IMG/VR virus record: IMGVR_UViG_3300025009_000896
Span: 1-64,000 of that record
Reading direction: 5' to 3' (one strand)
From: a virus
DNA: 64,000 bases
Both the position numbers and the translations under genes were made by a program. This document shows, piece by piece, positions 1 through 10,223 of this stretch (positions are counted from its first letter, which is position 1; every line of letters starts with the position of its first letter). Under the pieces are notes generated by a model. That model was not told where the DNA came from. It saw only the letters and a list, made by a program, of their open reading frames with translations, and ran no database searches.

Positions 1-1209
1 ATTTCAGAACTTAACCGATTAGTTGGTGTAACATCTGGAATACAGACACAGATAAACCTTAAGGCTAATATAACATCTCCTACATTCCTTACATCTGTAA
101 TTCTTCCCGCCACTACTTACTTCCCTGCATTGGGAGTGATGAGTTTTAACTCCGGTGACGTTACCTTAACTCATGGGTCTAACCTACTTACCTTAGACGG
201 GGGCGACCTTGCCTTGGGAACAAATAATATCACCCTCACGGGCTCCCTGGGCGCAACCGGGGGCAGAATACTGAAGGGGTGGATGACTAACTTAGAGATT
301 ACCAACCTGCCTACTATAAACGGGGGCACTCTTGCAACTGCACTTGGACTTAATGTGTCTAATTGGAATACGGCATATAGTTGGGTAAGCACCAATGGGG
401 CTAATGCTGTTACCGCATACGGGTGGGGCGACCATGCGGGTCTTTACCTCCCACTTGCAGGTACCGCTGCTGCGGTTACGGGTTTTACCCCCGCATCGGG
501 GTCGTTAACGTTATCGGGGGCAGATGCTATTACCCTTTCAACTACGGCTGTTACAAGCGTTACCCTTCCCACATCGGGAACACTGGCTACAACCCAAAAC
601 ATAAACGATAGCTTAGATGTTTATATGGCTGCCGCCGCTACGGGGGTGGCTTTGGAAGATAGCACAACTGTATATGTTACTCCGACACAGTTAAGCGACA
701 GCCTTGCATTAATCTCATCAGTAACCGGATATGAGCCTGATAGTATCATTGTTAGCACAGGTGATGCTATATTGTATAGTGGGCCAGATACATTAAATCC
801 ATACATACCCTATGCTGACAGGGAGTTAGGGTTAGCCCTTGCCGATTCTACGGGGACAACATCGGGCACCTATGCTACGGGTAGTGACTATTTAAGAGGC
901 ATTTATTCTACCAAAAATACTGGTACGGTGACGGATAACGTTGGTATTACGGCAGCCATGTTACATAGGTTTATATGTTACTCTGAGGCTGCTGCTACGG
1001 ACATTACCGCTGATCCGCAGATAGCCAATGGAACACAAGGACAAATTATAACCATTATAGGATTCTCTGATGCTAACTCTCTTACATTAGATGATGGTGC
1101 AGGGCTACGGCTGTCCGGGCAAATGGTGTTAGGGATTAGTGATAGTATTACATTAATGTATGAGACTACGATAGGGGACTGGATAGAAATTTCGAGGACA
1201 AACAACTGA
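1..1209 (+). CDS. Tail fibre / tail-associated protein, 5'-truncated by the window
   Basis: Frame is open from base 1 (ISELNRLVGVTSGIQTQINLKANITSPTF, a typical fibre motif) and continues into ORF 130..1209; Thr/Gly/Ala-rich. Confidence 0.65.
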   Translation: MSELNRLVGVTSGIQTQINLKANITSPTFLTSVILPATTYFPALGVMSFNSGDVTLTHGSNLLTLDGGDLALGTNNITLTGSLGATGGRILKGWMTNLEITNLPTINGGTLATALGLNVSNWNTAYSWVSTNGANAVTAYGWGDHAGLYLPLAGTAAAVTGFTPASGSLTLSGADAITLSTTAVTSVTLPTSGTLATTQNINDSLDVYMAAAATGVALEDSTTVYVTPTQLSDSLALISSVTGYEPDSIIVSTGDAILYSGPDTLNPYIPYADRELGLALADSTGTTSGTYATGSDYLRGIYSTKNTGTVTDNVGITAAMLHRFICYSEAAATDITADPQIANGTQGQIITIIGFSDANSLTLDDGAGLRLSGQMVLGISDSITLMYETTIGDWIEISRTNN

Positions 1210-1211
1210 GG

Positions 1212-3527
1212 ATGAAAAATATACTAACCACGCTTTTACTATGTATTTCCCTTGTTGTTGGGGCTGCCACCCGATATGTGGCCACAACGGGAAGTGACGC
1301 AGCGGCAGGAACAATAGATGCACCGTGGGCAACGTGGCAATATGGGTTCAGTCACATAGTGGCAGGTGATACGTTATATATCAGAGGTGGCACCTATCAA
1401 CCCACAGGCACATCGGCAGGAACACCGTTCAGTACCGAGTATTGGGGTGGAGTGGCAATTAGGAACACTGACGGCACGGCCTTGAATAGAATTGTGGTAA
1501 TGAACTATCCGAGTGAAAAGCCCATACTTGATGGAACAAACATAACGGCGGCACAAGGCTCCATTGGTAGCAGATTTGGAATCATAATGCGCAACTGTGA
1601 GTATTGGCACATTAAGGGACTTGAGGTAACGGGGGTGTTGCAATTCCCAACTGAGCTTGGCGTTGGGGGAATAAGGCTCATGGAGGACTGTAACCATAAT
1701 ATTCTTGAACAGATAGTATCTCACGATAACGGGGGTTCTGGAATTACGTTAGTTTATGACTGTACCGATAATCTTATCTTAAATTGTGACAGCTATAATA
1801 ACATAGACCCATATTCAACCCCTACCGCATATAATAATAGCGACGGCATAGAAATAGCCGAGATAGCAGTGGGCATGACAAATACCGTTAGGGGCTGTAG
1901 GATGTGGGGAAACTGTGATGACGGTATGGACTTGTTTGATAACGAGGGCATTGTGGTCATTGATAGTTGTTGGGCATTTTATAATAGTAAGCCCGCAGGC
2001 CCATACGACGCCAACGGCTTTAAGTTGGGAAGAACCAACAATACACATGGAACCGTACGAAGGGTTATTACTAACTCGATAGCGGTAGGCAATCAGGCTG
2101 ATGGGTTTACCACCGGGGGTGATGCTTATTGTGATATGGATATGTTTAACAATACAGCAATAGCTAATAAGTATGGGTTTATGTTTTATTTAACAACCCC
2201 TGCCGACTGTGGTACCATTACAGTTAGAAATAACATAGGATATAATAATGTTGACAACTTCAGGCATAAGTATGCCCCGATGGTTGTTGACCACAATAGT
2301 TACGATAGCGACTTTCAGACCGATGGGCCCGGGATATCTGCTGCCGACTTTGTTACCGTAGATACTCTTGGATTAAGATACTCAAGAAAGTCCGGTGGAT
2401 ACCTGCCGGACATTTCCTTCGCAACATTGGATGCTACATCCGACATGATAAATGCTGGAGTAGACGTGGGGATAGCCTACGACAGTGATGCACCCGACCT
2501 TGGCTATATAGAATATGTGTCAGAGGCACCGCCTGCATCTCCCCTTGTTTCAACAACCACGCCATATAATGTAAGCATAAGAAATGGCACAGGAGGGGGA
2601 ACTGTCACCTATGACGGAGGGGGAAGTATAACAGACAGGGGGATTTGTTGGAGTACTTCTGCTGATCCCGAAACAACCGATAATAGCATAAGTAGTGGGA
2701 CGGGATTGGGATCGTTTACCGCAGCCATAACCGGATTAGCAGCCAATACCACGTATCACATAAGAGCCTTTGCTACCAATGAAGTGGCAACATCTTATGG
2801 TGCAGATGTGGAGTTTACAACGCCTGTATCTGCAAGCTACCGATCAGTTGGAGGTAAGATTTTGTTTATCGGACATAAAGTTTCGAGTAATGTGGCGAGG
2901 ATACCCGTTTTTCCACAGATACTTACGGGTACAACGGATGGATATGTTACCAATGTGGGAAGCGTAGCCGTTACAATGCCCACGGGGGTTGCGGCAGGGG
3001 ACTTGATACTGGTCTTTATTGGCAACAGATATGGCTCAGTATTAGCAGTCAACACGGGGGTGAGTGGAAACAACTGGAATATAGAACATCAGACCGTTGC
3101 AACGGACAATCCTACGGCTGCTATAATATGGAAGATAGCCGAGGCATCTAACGCACTAACGCTTACTATTACCCCAAACGGAAACTGCAACTATGTAGCA
3201 TATAGAATATCAGATTTTAACGCCGCAGACCCACTAACCGTTACGGCAGGAGAGATAACCGTAGCGACCAATTTTGACCCTCCGGCTAATCAGGGCGCAT
3301 ACGGAACCCTTAAATATCTATGGATGGGCTGTGCCTATTCTGCTAACGCCTCAGCAACAGTAGCCCCCACTGACTTTGGTGATCTATACGTCAATGACTA
3401 TAATGGTGACAGTCAAAGTGTGGCATGGAGGGAGTACGAATATGGTAGCAGTTATGATCCGGGGGCGTTTACGTCACCCGGGGGAACGTACATTGCTCTC
3501 ACCTGTATAATTAACCCTATCGAATGA
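1212..3527 (+). CDS. Right-handed beta-helix (PL9 pectate-lyase-like) protein with signal peptide and FN3-like domain; depolymerase/receptor-binding candidate
   Basis: MKNILTTLLLCISLVVGA|ATRYVATTGSD..GT..PWAT, GDTLYIRGGTY, N.DDG.D, NGFKLG, APDLGY motifs; RGICWST...YHIRAFATN FN3-like repeat. Confidence 0.75.
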   Translation: MKNILTTLLLCISLVVGAATRYVATTGSDAAAGTIDAPWATWQYGFSHIVAGDTLYIRGGTYQPTGTSAGTPFSTEYWGGVAIRNTDGTALNRIVVMNYPSEKPILDGTNITAAQGSIGSRFGIIMRNCEYWHIKGLEVTGVLQFPTELGVGGIRLMEDCNHNILEQIVSHDNGGSGITLVYDCTDNLILNCDSYNNIDPYSTPTAYNNSDGIEIAEIAVGMTNTVRGCRMWGNCDDGMDLFDNEGIVVIDSCWAFYNSKPAGPYDANGFKLGRTNNTHGTVRRVITNSIAVGNQADGFTTGGDAYCDMDMFNNTAIANKYGFMFYLTTPADCGTITVRNNIGYNNVDNFRHKYAPMVVDHNSYDSDFQTDGPGISAADFVTVDTLGLRYSRKSGGYLPDISFATLDATSDMINAGVDVGIAYDSDAPDLGYIEYVSEAPPASPLVSTTTPYNVSIRNGTGGGTVTYDGGGSITDRGICWSTSADPETTDNSISSGTGLGSFTAAITGLAANTTYHIRAFATNEVATSYGADVEFTTPVSASYRSVGGKILFIGHKVSSNVARIPVFPQILTGTTDGYVTNVGSVAVTMPTGVAAGDLILVFIGNRYGSVLAVNTGVSGNNWNIEHQTVATDNPTAAIIWKIAEASNALTLTITPNGNCNYVAYRISDFNAADPLTVTAGEITVATNFDPPANQGAYGTLKYLWMGCAYSANASATVAPTDFGDLYVNDYNGDSQSVAWREYEYGSSYDPGAFTSPGGTYIALTCIINPIE

Positions 3528-5938
3528 AGAAGCTAATTACTATACTATTATTTATGTCCCTTGGATTTGCCGTAGCAGCACAGGCGGTGGTTACAATCGA
3601 GGGGAAGGACACCACCATAACCGGAGCCGGGGGCTATGCTATTACACGAACGTCGGCTATACTCCTTAGGTTCTTAAATAACATAGTCCTATACACCTAC
3701 ACAGAAGACCCTATAGTTAACTGTGGAACGAACGACTACACCATAGGGCAATCCACAAACCTAAACGATGCCGTTATTAAGGGCAATAGGGTTACGTGGA
3801 CATCTGCAACTGAGACGGGAAGCACGCATGGTCTGATGGCGGGGTATAACACTGGCTATGATATTGCATACAACTATATTGACTCAACTCAGTATGGAGT
3901 GACACACGAAGGTGGATATCCCAACCACACGTCAATGGACAACTCCACGGGAGGTATCTATTACAACATATTTAAAAACAATAACTTCAGCGTCATTGAA
4001 AAGGGGTATGCAGGTACACGTATTTATAATAACACCTTCTACACCAATAAGAACGAGTTTTCAACGTTTATAGGGATTAAGGAGTCAGATACAGGGGGTA
4101 TAACAGAACCATATCCGGTAACCAGTGGCACTAAAGTCTTTAACAACATCTTCTATAATGATGGCACAACTGCATTTCACGCCATATCAGTGGGCGAAGC
4201 CACAGACGACACCCCAGAGGAGATGGATACGGTTGGGCTTGAAATTGATTACAACATTTATTTTTATGAAAATAGCGCTAATAACGAGCCAACCTTCGAG
4301 TTTAACGGAGACAGTAAGACGTGGACGGAATGGAGGGCGTTAGGCTATGACGAACACTCTGTTATACTTGATCCTCAGTTTGTAGACTTCATAGACCTTG
4401 TTCCTGCATCCAAAGACCTAATTGATATAGGCACTAACTTGGGCACTGAGTTTGATGATGGTCTTTCGACTACAGCAACGTGGGTTGCAGGCGTTACCCC
4501 TACGACTGAAGTTCAGGGTGACTTATGGCAAGTGGGGGCAAGGGTATATGAAACAGACGTAATATACTCAGCAACCTATTATGTGTCAACCACGGGGAGC
4601 GACGATAACCCCGGCACCTACGCACTACCATGGGCTACTTGGGGCGAGGCATTCAACTCTGCCTCGGTACAACCCGGAGATACCGTTTACTTCAGGGGCG
4701 GTGTTTACTCAATGACATCCGATAACCTTGCCTATCCTTATAGTGAAGGATCGGGGTATAACGTAGGTCGTGACGGCACAATAGGGGACACCATAAGGTA
4801 TTGGGCCTACCCGGGCGAAACACCTATATTAGACTGTGACAACATTAGCTTAGCAAGTGGGTCTAATAGGGGCATTAACGGTAACGATATAAACTATGTT
4901 CACTTTAAAGGACTAACGGTTAGGAACGTTAATCAATCTGCGGCAGGGAATAGCACCTATGGGTGGATAATAAACGGGGACAACTTAAAGGTTGAAAACT
5001 GTGAGGTATATAATACCGGAGGTAGGGGGTTTTACTCTACGGGTCATGAGGTATATTACCTAAACTGTGACTCACATCATAACTGCGACTCACTCACAGC
5101 GGCACTCCCGGGTAATGATGGTGTGGGATTTCAGAACACCGACCTTACAAATGCTGATGGCAGTATTTACTATTGGAATTGCAGGGCATGGATGAATGGT
5201 GACCAAGGCTTTTCTGCTGTTTCAATAGGCTACTTAGAGTTTGACGGATGTTGGTCGTTTAATAATGGACTTTATCAGGGTGAGGGACATGGGTTTAAAA
5301 TGGGTGCTGTAGGGCTTGAGGGTGAACAGCCTGAGTTTGGCCCGCTGAAGAGAAAGTATACAAACAACGTTGCCGCATTCAATAGGGCTAATGGATGGAC
5401 AACCAACGACAACACAAGCTATCTGGCCAGAACCATGTATGTCTATAACAACATTGCTTACCACAATGGCTACCCTACGGGATGGGGAGGATTGGCTGCG
5501 GGGTTTGTTATTTACAATACGGCTTCGATTGATGCCGAAGAGTTAGACCGCACCTACCACAATAACATTGCCTACGGCAACGAAGATGGCGACACCTTTA
5601 TTCCCGCCGGGGCTTTATATACCCACTCCAACAACTCATGGGACTTAAGCGTAACCGTTTCTGACGCTGACTTTGTGTCAGTGGACAGTACGGGAATAAC
5701 AGCAGCAAGACAAGCAGATGGGTCACTCCCTGCTAATGATTGTTTTACTGACTTTCTGCAATTAGCTACTGGTAGCGAGCTAATTGACGTTGGGGTTAAC
5801 GTTTCTATACCCTACAACGGCGTAGCCCCCGACCTTGGCCCGTTCGAGACTACTGATGCAGGCACCCCAACAAGCATAACGCCATTAAAATATGGCAATA
5901 AGTTCCTAAAAAGTGGAGAAATATTCTTAAAGAGATGA
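3524..5938 (+). CDS. Two-domain right-handed beta-helix (PL9-like) protein with signal peptide
   Basis: Hydrophobic N-terminus MKKLITILLFMSLGFAVAA; YNNTF/FNNIF repeats; second domain YYVSTTGSDDNPGT..PW, GDTVYFRGGVY, GHGFKMG, APDLGPFE. Confidence 0.75.
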   Translation: MKKLITILLFMSLGFAVAAQAVVTIEGKDTTITGAGGYAITRTSAILLRFLNNIVLYTYTEDPIVNCGTNDYTIGQSTNLNDAVIKGNRVTWTSATETGSTHGLMAGYNTGYDIAYNYIDSTQYGVTHEGGYPNHTSMDNSTGGIYYNIFKNNNFSVIEKGYAGTRIYNNTFYTNKNEFSTFIGIKESDTGGITEPYPVTSGTKVFNNIFYNDGTTAFHAISVGEATDDTPEEMDTVGLEIDYNIYFYENSANNEPTFEFNGDSKTWTEWRALGYDEHSVILDPQFVDFIDLVPASKDLIDIGTNLGTEFDDGLSTTATWVAGVTPTTEVQGDLWQVGARVYETDVIYSATYYVSTTGSDDNPGTYALPWATWGEAFNSASVQPGDTVYFRGGVYSMTSDNLAYPYSEGSGYNVGRDGTIGDTIRYWAYPGETPILDCDNISLASGSNRGINGNDINYVHFKGLTVRNVNQSAAGNSTYGWIINGDNLKVENCEVYNTGGRGFYSTGHEVYYLNCDSHHNCDSLTAALPGNDGVGFQNTDLTNADGSIYYWNCRAWMNGDQGFSAVSIGYLEFDGCWSFNNGLYQGEGHGFKMGAVGLEGEQPEFGPLKRKYTNNVAAFNRANGWTTNDNTSYLARTMYVYNNIAYHNGYPTGWGGLAAGFVIYNTASIDAEELDRTYHNNIAYGNEDGDTFIPAGALYTHSNNSWDLSVTVSDADFVSVDSTGITAARQADGSLPANDCFTDFLQLATGSELIDVGVNVSIPYNGVAPDLGPFETTDAGTPTSITPLKYGNKFLKSGEIFLKR

Positions 5939-6213
5939 GAAAACACTGGATGTTGATAGTATCATTTTTCTGTTTAAGTTTGTTGGTTTGGTCACAAAAG
6001 ATTAACTATGACAGAATAGTCATGTATCCTAACCCATGCCATGACTACCTAAATGTCAAGTCTGACACACTTTTACCCGCTATCCTTGAAATTTATACCT
6101 TTGAGGGAAAGTTAGTAATGATAAAAAAGATAGAAGAGGGACAGATGGAAGTGAGAATTGATGTTACTACCTTAAAGCCGGGATCATATATAATAACATT
6201 TAAAAATAAATAA
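5935..6213 (+). CDS. Stand-alone type IX secretion (Por) type-A C-terminal sorting domain with signal peptide
   Basis: MYPNP...LNV...LEIYTFEGKLV...IDVTTLKPGSYIITF matches the T9SS CTD consensus; hydrophobic N-terminus. Confidence 0.8.
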   Translation: MRKHWMLIVSFFCLSLLVWSQKINYDRIVMYPNPCHDYLNVKSDTLLPAILEIYTFEGKLVMIKKIEEGQMEVRIDVTTLKPGSYIITFKNK

Positions 6214-6215
6214 TA

Positions 6216-6599
6216 ATGGAACACTACTCACTTTTACTTGGATACATCCCCGCTACGATGTTTATCGCAATGGTATTATTCGCAGCGATTGGGGTTAGCA
6301 TTAGGCTACTGATTGATGCTGTTGGCAGGAACCAAAACTCCCCTGCTACTCCTTATAAGTTTTCCATTCTATTTCTGCTTAGGGATAACTGGAAGACCAT
6401 TCTCCTGACCTTCATTGCAATACTTGTTGTGCTGAGGTTTGCAGCTTCAATCTTTGATGAGCAGTTTACTGCCGAAAACTTAGACCTGCCCGCCACGAAG
6501 GAGAAGTGGCTGTTTGGTAGCCTTATGGTAGGCATAGCCTTCAACCACGTAATTCAGATATTAAAAGAAAAGTCTGACTTGCTGAAGGTTAAAAGATGA
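6216..6599 (+). CDS. Putative holin (about 3 TM helices)
   Basis: Small, three hydrophobic segments, basic C-terminus, upstream of a lysin candidate. Confidence 0.55.
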   Translation: MEHYSLLLGYIPATMFIAMVLFAAIGVSIRLLIDAVGRNQNSPATPYKFSILFLLRDNWKTILLTFIAILVVLRFAASIFDEQFTAENLDLPATKEKWLFGSLMVGIAFNHVIQILKEKSDLLKVKR

Positions 6600-6976
6600 A
6601 GGGTCTCTTTAAATACATGGGGTACTTTCTCTCTGCCTGTGCAGTAGTGACTGTTATATTTACGTGGGGCGTAAACCATGAACGTAAAGTAGTAAAAGAC
6701 ACATCTGTTTCTAATAAGGTAGACAGGCTAATCGAGTCCGACTCTCTCCGTAATGTTCAGATGATATACTTTCAGGCGTCGGTAATGGATAGTATATCAC
6801 ACATATCCCACCAACTAAGGAGACAGAAAGATGAGTTTCAAAAGACAAAGGTATCCTTAGACAACCTGAGAATTTATATGATAAACAATGCTGCCACTAA
6901 AGAGGATATGGTGGAGGTGTTAAACATCTGGGACATAAAAAAAAACTTGAATTTCAACGGGACAGCATTAAGGTAG
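6596..6976 (+). CDS. Membrane-anchored coiled-coil protein of the lysis region; possible -1 frameshift extension to 7035
   Basis: One N-terminal TM helix; A9 run at 6937-6945. Confidence 0.5.
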   Translation: MKGLFKYMGYFLSACAVVTVIFTWGVNHERKVVKDTSVSNKVDRLIESDSLRNVQMIYFQASVMDSISHISHQLRRQKDEFQKTKVSLDNLRIYMINNAATKEDMVEVLNIWDIKKNLNFNGTALR

Positions 6977-7027
6977 TAGAATTTTTAAAGCAATATAATC
7001 CATCCATATCAGTCAAAAAAATAAAAG

Positions 7028-7357
7028 ATGAGTAGGATAACATTAGAGAAGATACTTAGCGGGAATTTCAAAAGCTATAAAGTAGACACGGGCAACATGA
7101 ACCTCACCATTGATGATTTGGTGACAATAAAGAGAATAATGGATCGCAACTCGGAGTCCGATGCAGAGGAAAGGGAGAAGGAAAGAGACGACCTGATAAA
7201 ACAATTAGTAGAGGTACTAAAGCCGTTCTTTACTAAGTTTGAGGATATGCAGATTGATATTGATAAAGTCAAATCTAAGTCTAACGACCATGAGGATAGG
7301 CTTACTATTATAGAGGGTAAGGTAGAAAATATCGAAAAGATTTTGAAAGTTGCATAG
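7028..7357 (+). CDS. Coiled-coil hypothetical protein
   Basis: ORF track; heptad-like C-terminus; tightly packed. Confidence 0.6.
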   Translation: MSRITLEKILSGNFKSYKVDTGNMNLTIDDLVTIKRIMDRNSESDAEEREKERDDLIKQLVEVLKPFFTKFEDMQIDIDKVKSKSNDHEDRLTIIEGKVENIEKILKVA

Positions 7358-7397
7358 GAATACCTATCTTTGTAGCTGAAACCAACAAACATAAAAG

Positions 7398-7637
7398 ATG
7401 AAAGAAAGAATTAAATTGTGGTTCGCAAAGCAGAAGGCTGCAATAGGTCTATGGTTTACAAACGTAGGGCTGAAGATAACAGACCTTTTCGACACGCCTC
7501 TCTTCACGGGCTTTATGACGCTACTCATAGCCCTGTTCTGCCTCGGTGCTCCGGGTTATGGTGCGTTTTTGGCATTTGTTTACTTCGCTCTGTGGGTGTT
7601 CCTTGCAGACAAGAGGAGTTTTGATAAACGACTGTAA
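7398..7637 (+). CDS. Small membrane protein
   Basis: Two hydrophobic segments; preceded by TATCTTTG promoter at ~7365 and AAACCAAC leader. Confidence 0.55.
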   Translation: MKERIKLWFAKQKAAIGLWFTNVGLKITDLFDTPLFTGFMTLLIALFCLGAPGYGAFLAFVYFALWVFLADKRSFDKRL

Positions 7638-7726
7638 AAATGGGCGCGCGATAAACCTTATTATGACACTGGTGATAGTCCTTGGGTTGTTAGTACTCGG
7701 GACTTCGCTATTTAAAGAGGATAAGT

Positions 7727-8164
7727 ATGAGTAGAGAGCTATTGCTTGAGAGAAAGTTTATGAAAGATGCCTACACAATAGGCAAACTTTCCGTTGATGA
7801 CGAGCCGTACTGTGACACCTTAGAGGATAAGGTCAGGGATTTTAATCATGACGGAGACCTCAATGATGAAGGAGAGAAGAAGGTATATGGTGAAACAGCC
7901 ATACCCTTTGGCAGGTATCGCATAACGGTAACATACAGCCCTAAGTTTAAGCGCAAGGTGCCACTATTGATGAGCGTGCCTCACTTTGAGGGCATAAGGA
8001 TTCATGCTGCAAATTGGCCCACTCAGTTAAGCGGGTGCATAGCTGTAGGAGAAAACAAGGTCAAGGGAGGGTTGATTAACAGCCGTCAATATGAGAGAGA
8101 ACTAACGGGGTGGTTGGATATGTGGCAGTCTGCCGGAGAAGATTTATTCATAACAATTATTTGA
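7727..8164 (+). CDS. DUF5675-family putative endolysin/peptidase
   Basis: YTIGKL...CDTLED...GETAIP.GRY...SPKF...FEGIRIH.AN...GCIAVG, family signature common in Bacteroidetes phage lysis modules. Confidence 0.75.
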   Translation: MSRELLLERKFMKDAYTIGKLSVDDEPYCDTLEDKVRDFNHDGDLNDEGEKKVYGETAIPFGRYRITVTYSPKFKRKVPLLMSVPHFEGIRIHAANWPTQLSGCIAVGENKVKGGLINSRQYERELTGWLDMWQSAGEDLFITII

Positions 8165-8165
8165 G

Positions 8166-8855
8166 ATGGAACTAAAGATTAAGAAAGTATATGTTTTTGT
8201 GGCTCTATTAGCCATATTTGCCCTTATCTTTATCGGGGGCAGGATAAGCGTCACCCGGCAGTTAAGAGCGGCTAATGCGGTACTTAGTGCAGCCGAAACG
8301 ACGATTCAACAGTATGAGGTAACTATTGCGGGACAAAAACAGCAGGTTACTGAGTTAAAACAGATAGTAACGGATAAGCAGACAGCCATAGAACTTAACC
8401 TAATAGAGAAGGATAAGTGGAAGAAACTCTACTATAAGACTATTGAGAGTAACACCGAACTAACTGCTCGGGTGTCTATCTTAATAGACTCTATAAAGGC
8501 TATCAAACCCGAGATCATTTACATTACCACTGATCCCGAGGTAGATTCTATTCCCTGTGTGGTTATACCTTATGATTGGGTTTACTCTGACAAGTATGTT
8601 AAGGCCGTTGGTCACGTGGATCGTCAGGCGCAAACTTCTTTGAGTTTAGAGATGCCCGTAGACTTCGATGTAGTAATAGGTAATAAGAAGAAAGGGGGCA
8701 TCCCAACAGTTAGTATATTGGAGGATAACCCCTATCTATATGTTACTAAGATTAAATCGGTAAAGGTCGTAGACAATAAATGGTATCAAAGCCGTTGGGT
8801 GCCCTTTATTGCAGGATTCGGCGGTGCTATGGCTGTGTTTTTTCTGTTGAAGTAA
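8166..8855 (+). CDS. Spanin-like protein (N-terminal TM, coiled coil, C-terminal hydrophobic tail)
   Basis: Architecture and position directly after the lysin candidate. Confidence 0.5.
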   Translation: MELKIKKVYVFVALLAIFALIFIGGRISVTRQLRAANAVLSAAETTIQQYEVTIAGQKQQVTELKQIVTDKQTAIELNLIEKDKWKKLYYKTIESNTELTARVSILIDSIKAIKPEIIYITTDPEVDSIPCVVIPYDWVYSDKYVKAVGHVDRQAQTSLSLEMPVDFDVVIGNKKKGGIPTVSILEDNPYLYVTKIKSVKVVDNKWYQSRWVPFIAGFGGAMAVFFLLK

Positions 8856-9871
8856 ACATCTCTGAAAAATCGTTTTCTGGTATCTCTATTGACCTTACAT
8901 CGGCCCCGCATACGGGGCAATGATTAACTCGTATCCTTTGTTCCTCATTGTCATATAAACATGGCATCAAAAATACCTTTCCTCCCTTACCATCAAGGTA
9001 AGAAAACCATGCGAACCGAATCGCTATCTTTGGGAAATAATTACAGCAGTATTTCATTTTTCTCGTGTGCTAAATTCCATTGTTTCATGTGTCTTAGATA
9101 ATCGGAATATCATTATATCCCACTCCTCCTTGCCTAATCTCACAGTAGCGAATAGCTCACGTGGAGATAGTCTAACTATATAAACCAAGCAGCTATTTCT
9201 ATGACCCACATCAAGTCTGGCAATATCACCCACTTTTAGGTTTTGTTTATTGTATTCCATTTTTCTTCTATTTACGGCTTTTAATTAAAAGCTAAGCCAC
9301 CCTCGCATTCTCTGATGTTTGATATAATGTATCTATGACGATTAGCAATTCATCCATTTTCCCGAGGTCTCTTTCAAGTTCCTCCTCTGCTAATTGTTTT
9401 ACCCAAGCCTTAGCCTCTTTTTTATTATTTGCATGTATAATAAAACTATAGGTTTCATAAGCTCTCCAAGGTGTTCCCCCAGAATTGTCCGTGAAATTAA
9501 CCGTGCATACGGCATAATAAGTTCTCATTTCTATTTTGCTTTAGTAATTATACCCCCGTTTCAGAGCTGTACCCCATAAGGCCAAACCTCTGATAGTAGA
9601 GGGTTGTGATAGCATCTACCCGATTACAGAACTCTGCATCTTCCATTACAGACTCAGCCCTTAGATGTTTGAGTTTTTGCTCTATGAATAGCTTTGCGCC
9701 CATATCAACGTCACAATCCTCTACAAGCCTTTCAAACTTACTCAGTTCTTTTAGCTTTACTTTCCGAAGCTGTCGGAACTCCAGTATCTTGTACTGATGG
9801 TAGACAACAAAGATTGCAAAGGCTAATAGAGCTAATAACTCTACCCACTGCCAAAATGATAATGTTTTCAT
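8827..9871 (-). other. Four small hypothetical CDSs (8827-9057, 9054-9260, 9292-9528, 9548-9871)
   Basis: Contiguous minus-strand ORFs downstream of a TATCTTTG promoter at ~9897-9904. Confidence 0.6.
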
Positions 9872-9949
9872 AGTTTATGTTTATTGGTTTCAGTGTCAAA
9901 GATAAACCAACTTTATGAGAAAGTCAAATAAATTGTGAATTATTTTAAA

Positions 9950-10187
9950 ATAAAAGAGGGAGAACTAACCCCCTCTTCAACCCTAAACACTATGAAAACA
10001 AAAGGCCGTTGGTGGGATTGGCTTGCGCTTTGCTACACCCACACTGTTTGTTCTACTACAAACAGGAAAAAAGTTGCTCATCCTATTCTCGCCTTTCGGC
10101 TACCCAGCAGATATCCATAAATGGAAGAAGTACTTGCGTCTCAATTTCCGCCACAACTGCCTTAAGAACGTTTACCCTCATTGGGTA
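9950..10187 (-). ncRNA. Candidate ~235-nt structured sRNA, possibly dual-function with a 32-aa ORF at 10083-10181
   Basis: TTTG...TATATTTG promoter at 10191-10222, several hairpins, anti-start-codon tract TTTTGTTTTCATAGT, terminator. Confidence 0.5.
9952..9978 (-). terminator. Intrinsic terminator
   Basis: AAGAGGG/CCCTCTT stem followed by a T-tract on the minus strand. Confidence 0.7.
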
Positions 10188-10223
10188 GTGCAAATATATA
10201 ACAAAGATTTGTAATATGCAAAC

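Noticed and set aside
171-5464. Short antisense or alternate-frame ORFs inside the large structural genes
   Set aside because: No motifs or initiation signals; typical shadows of long coding frames.
1-5938. Diversity-generating retroelement acting on tail genes
   Set aside because: No reverse transcriptase and no adenine-variant template/variable repeat pair noticed in this window.
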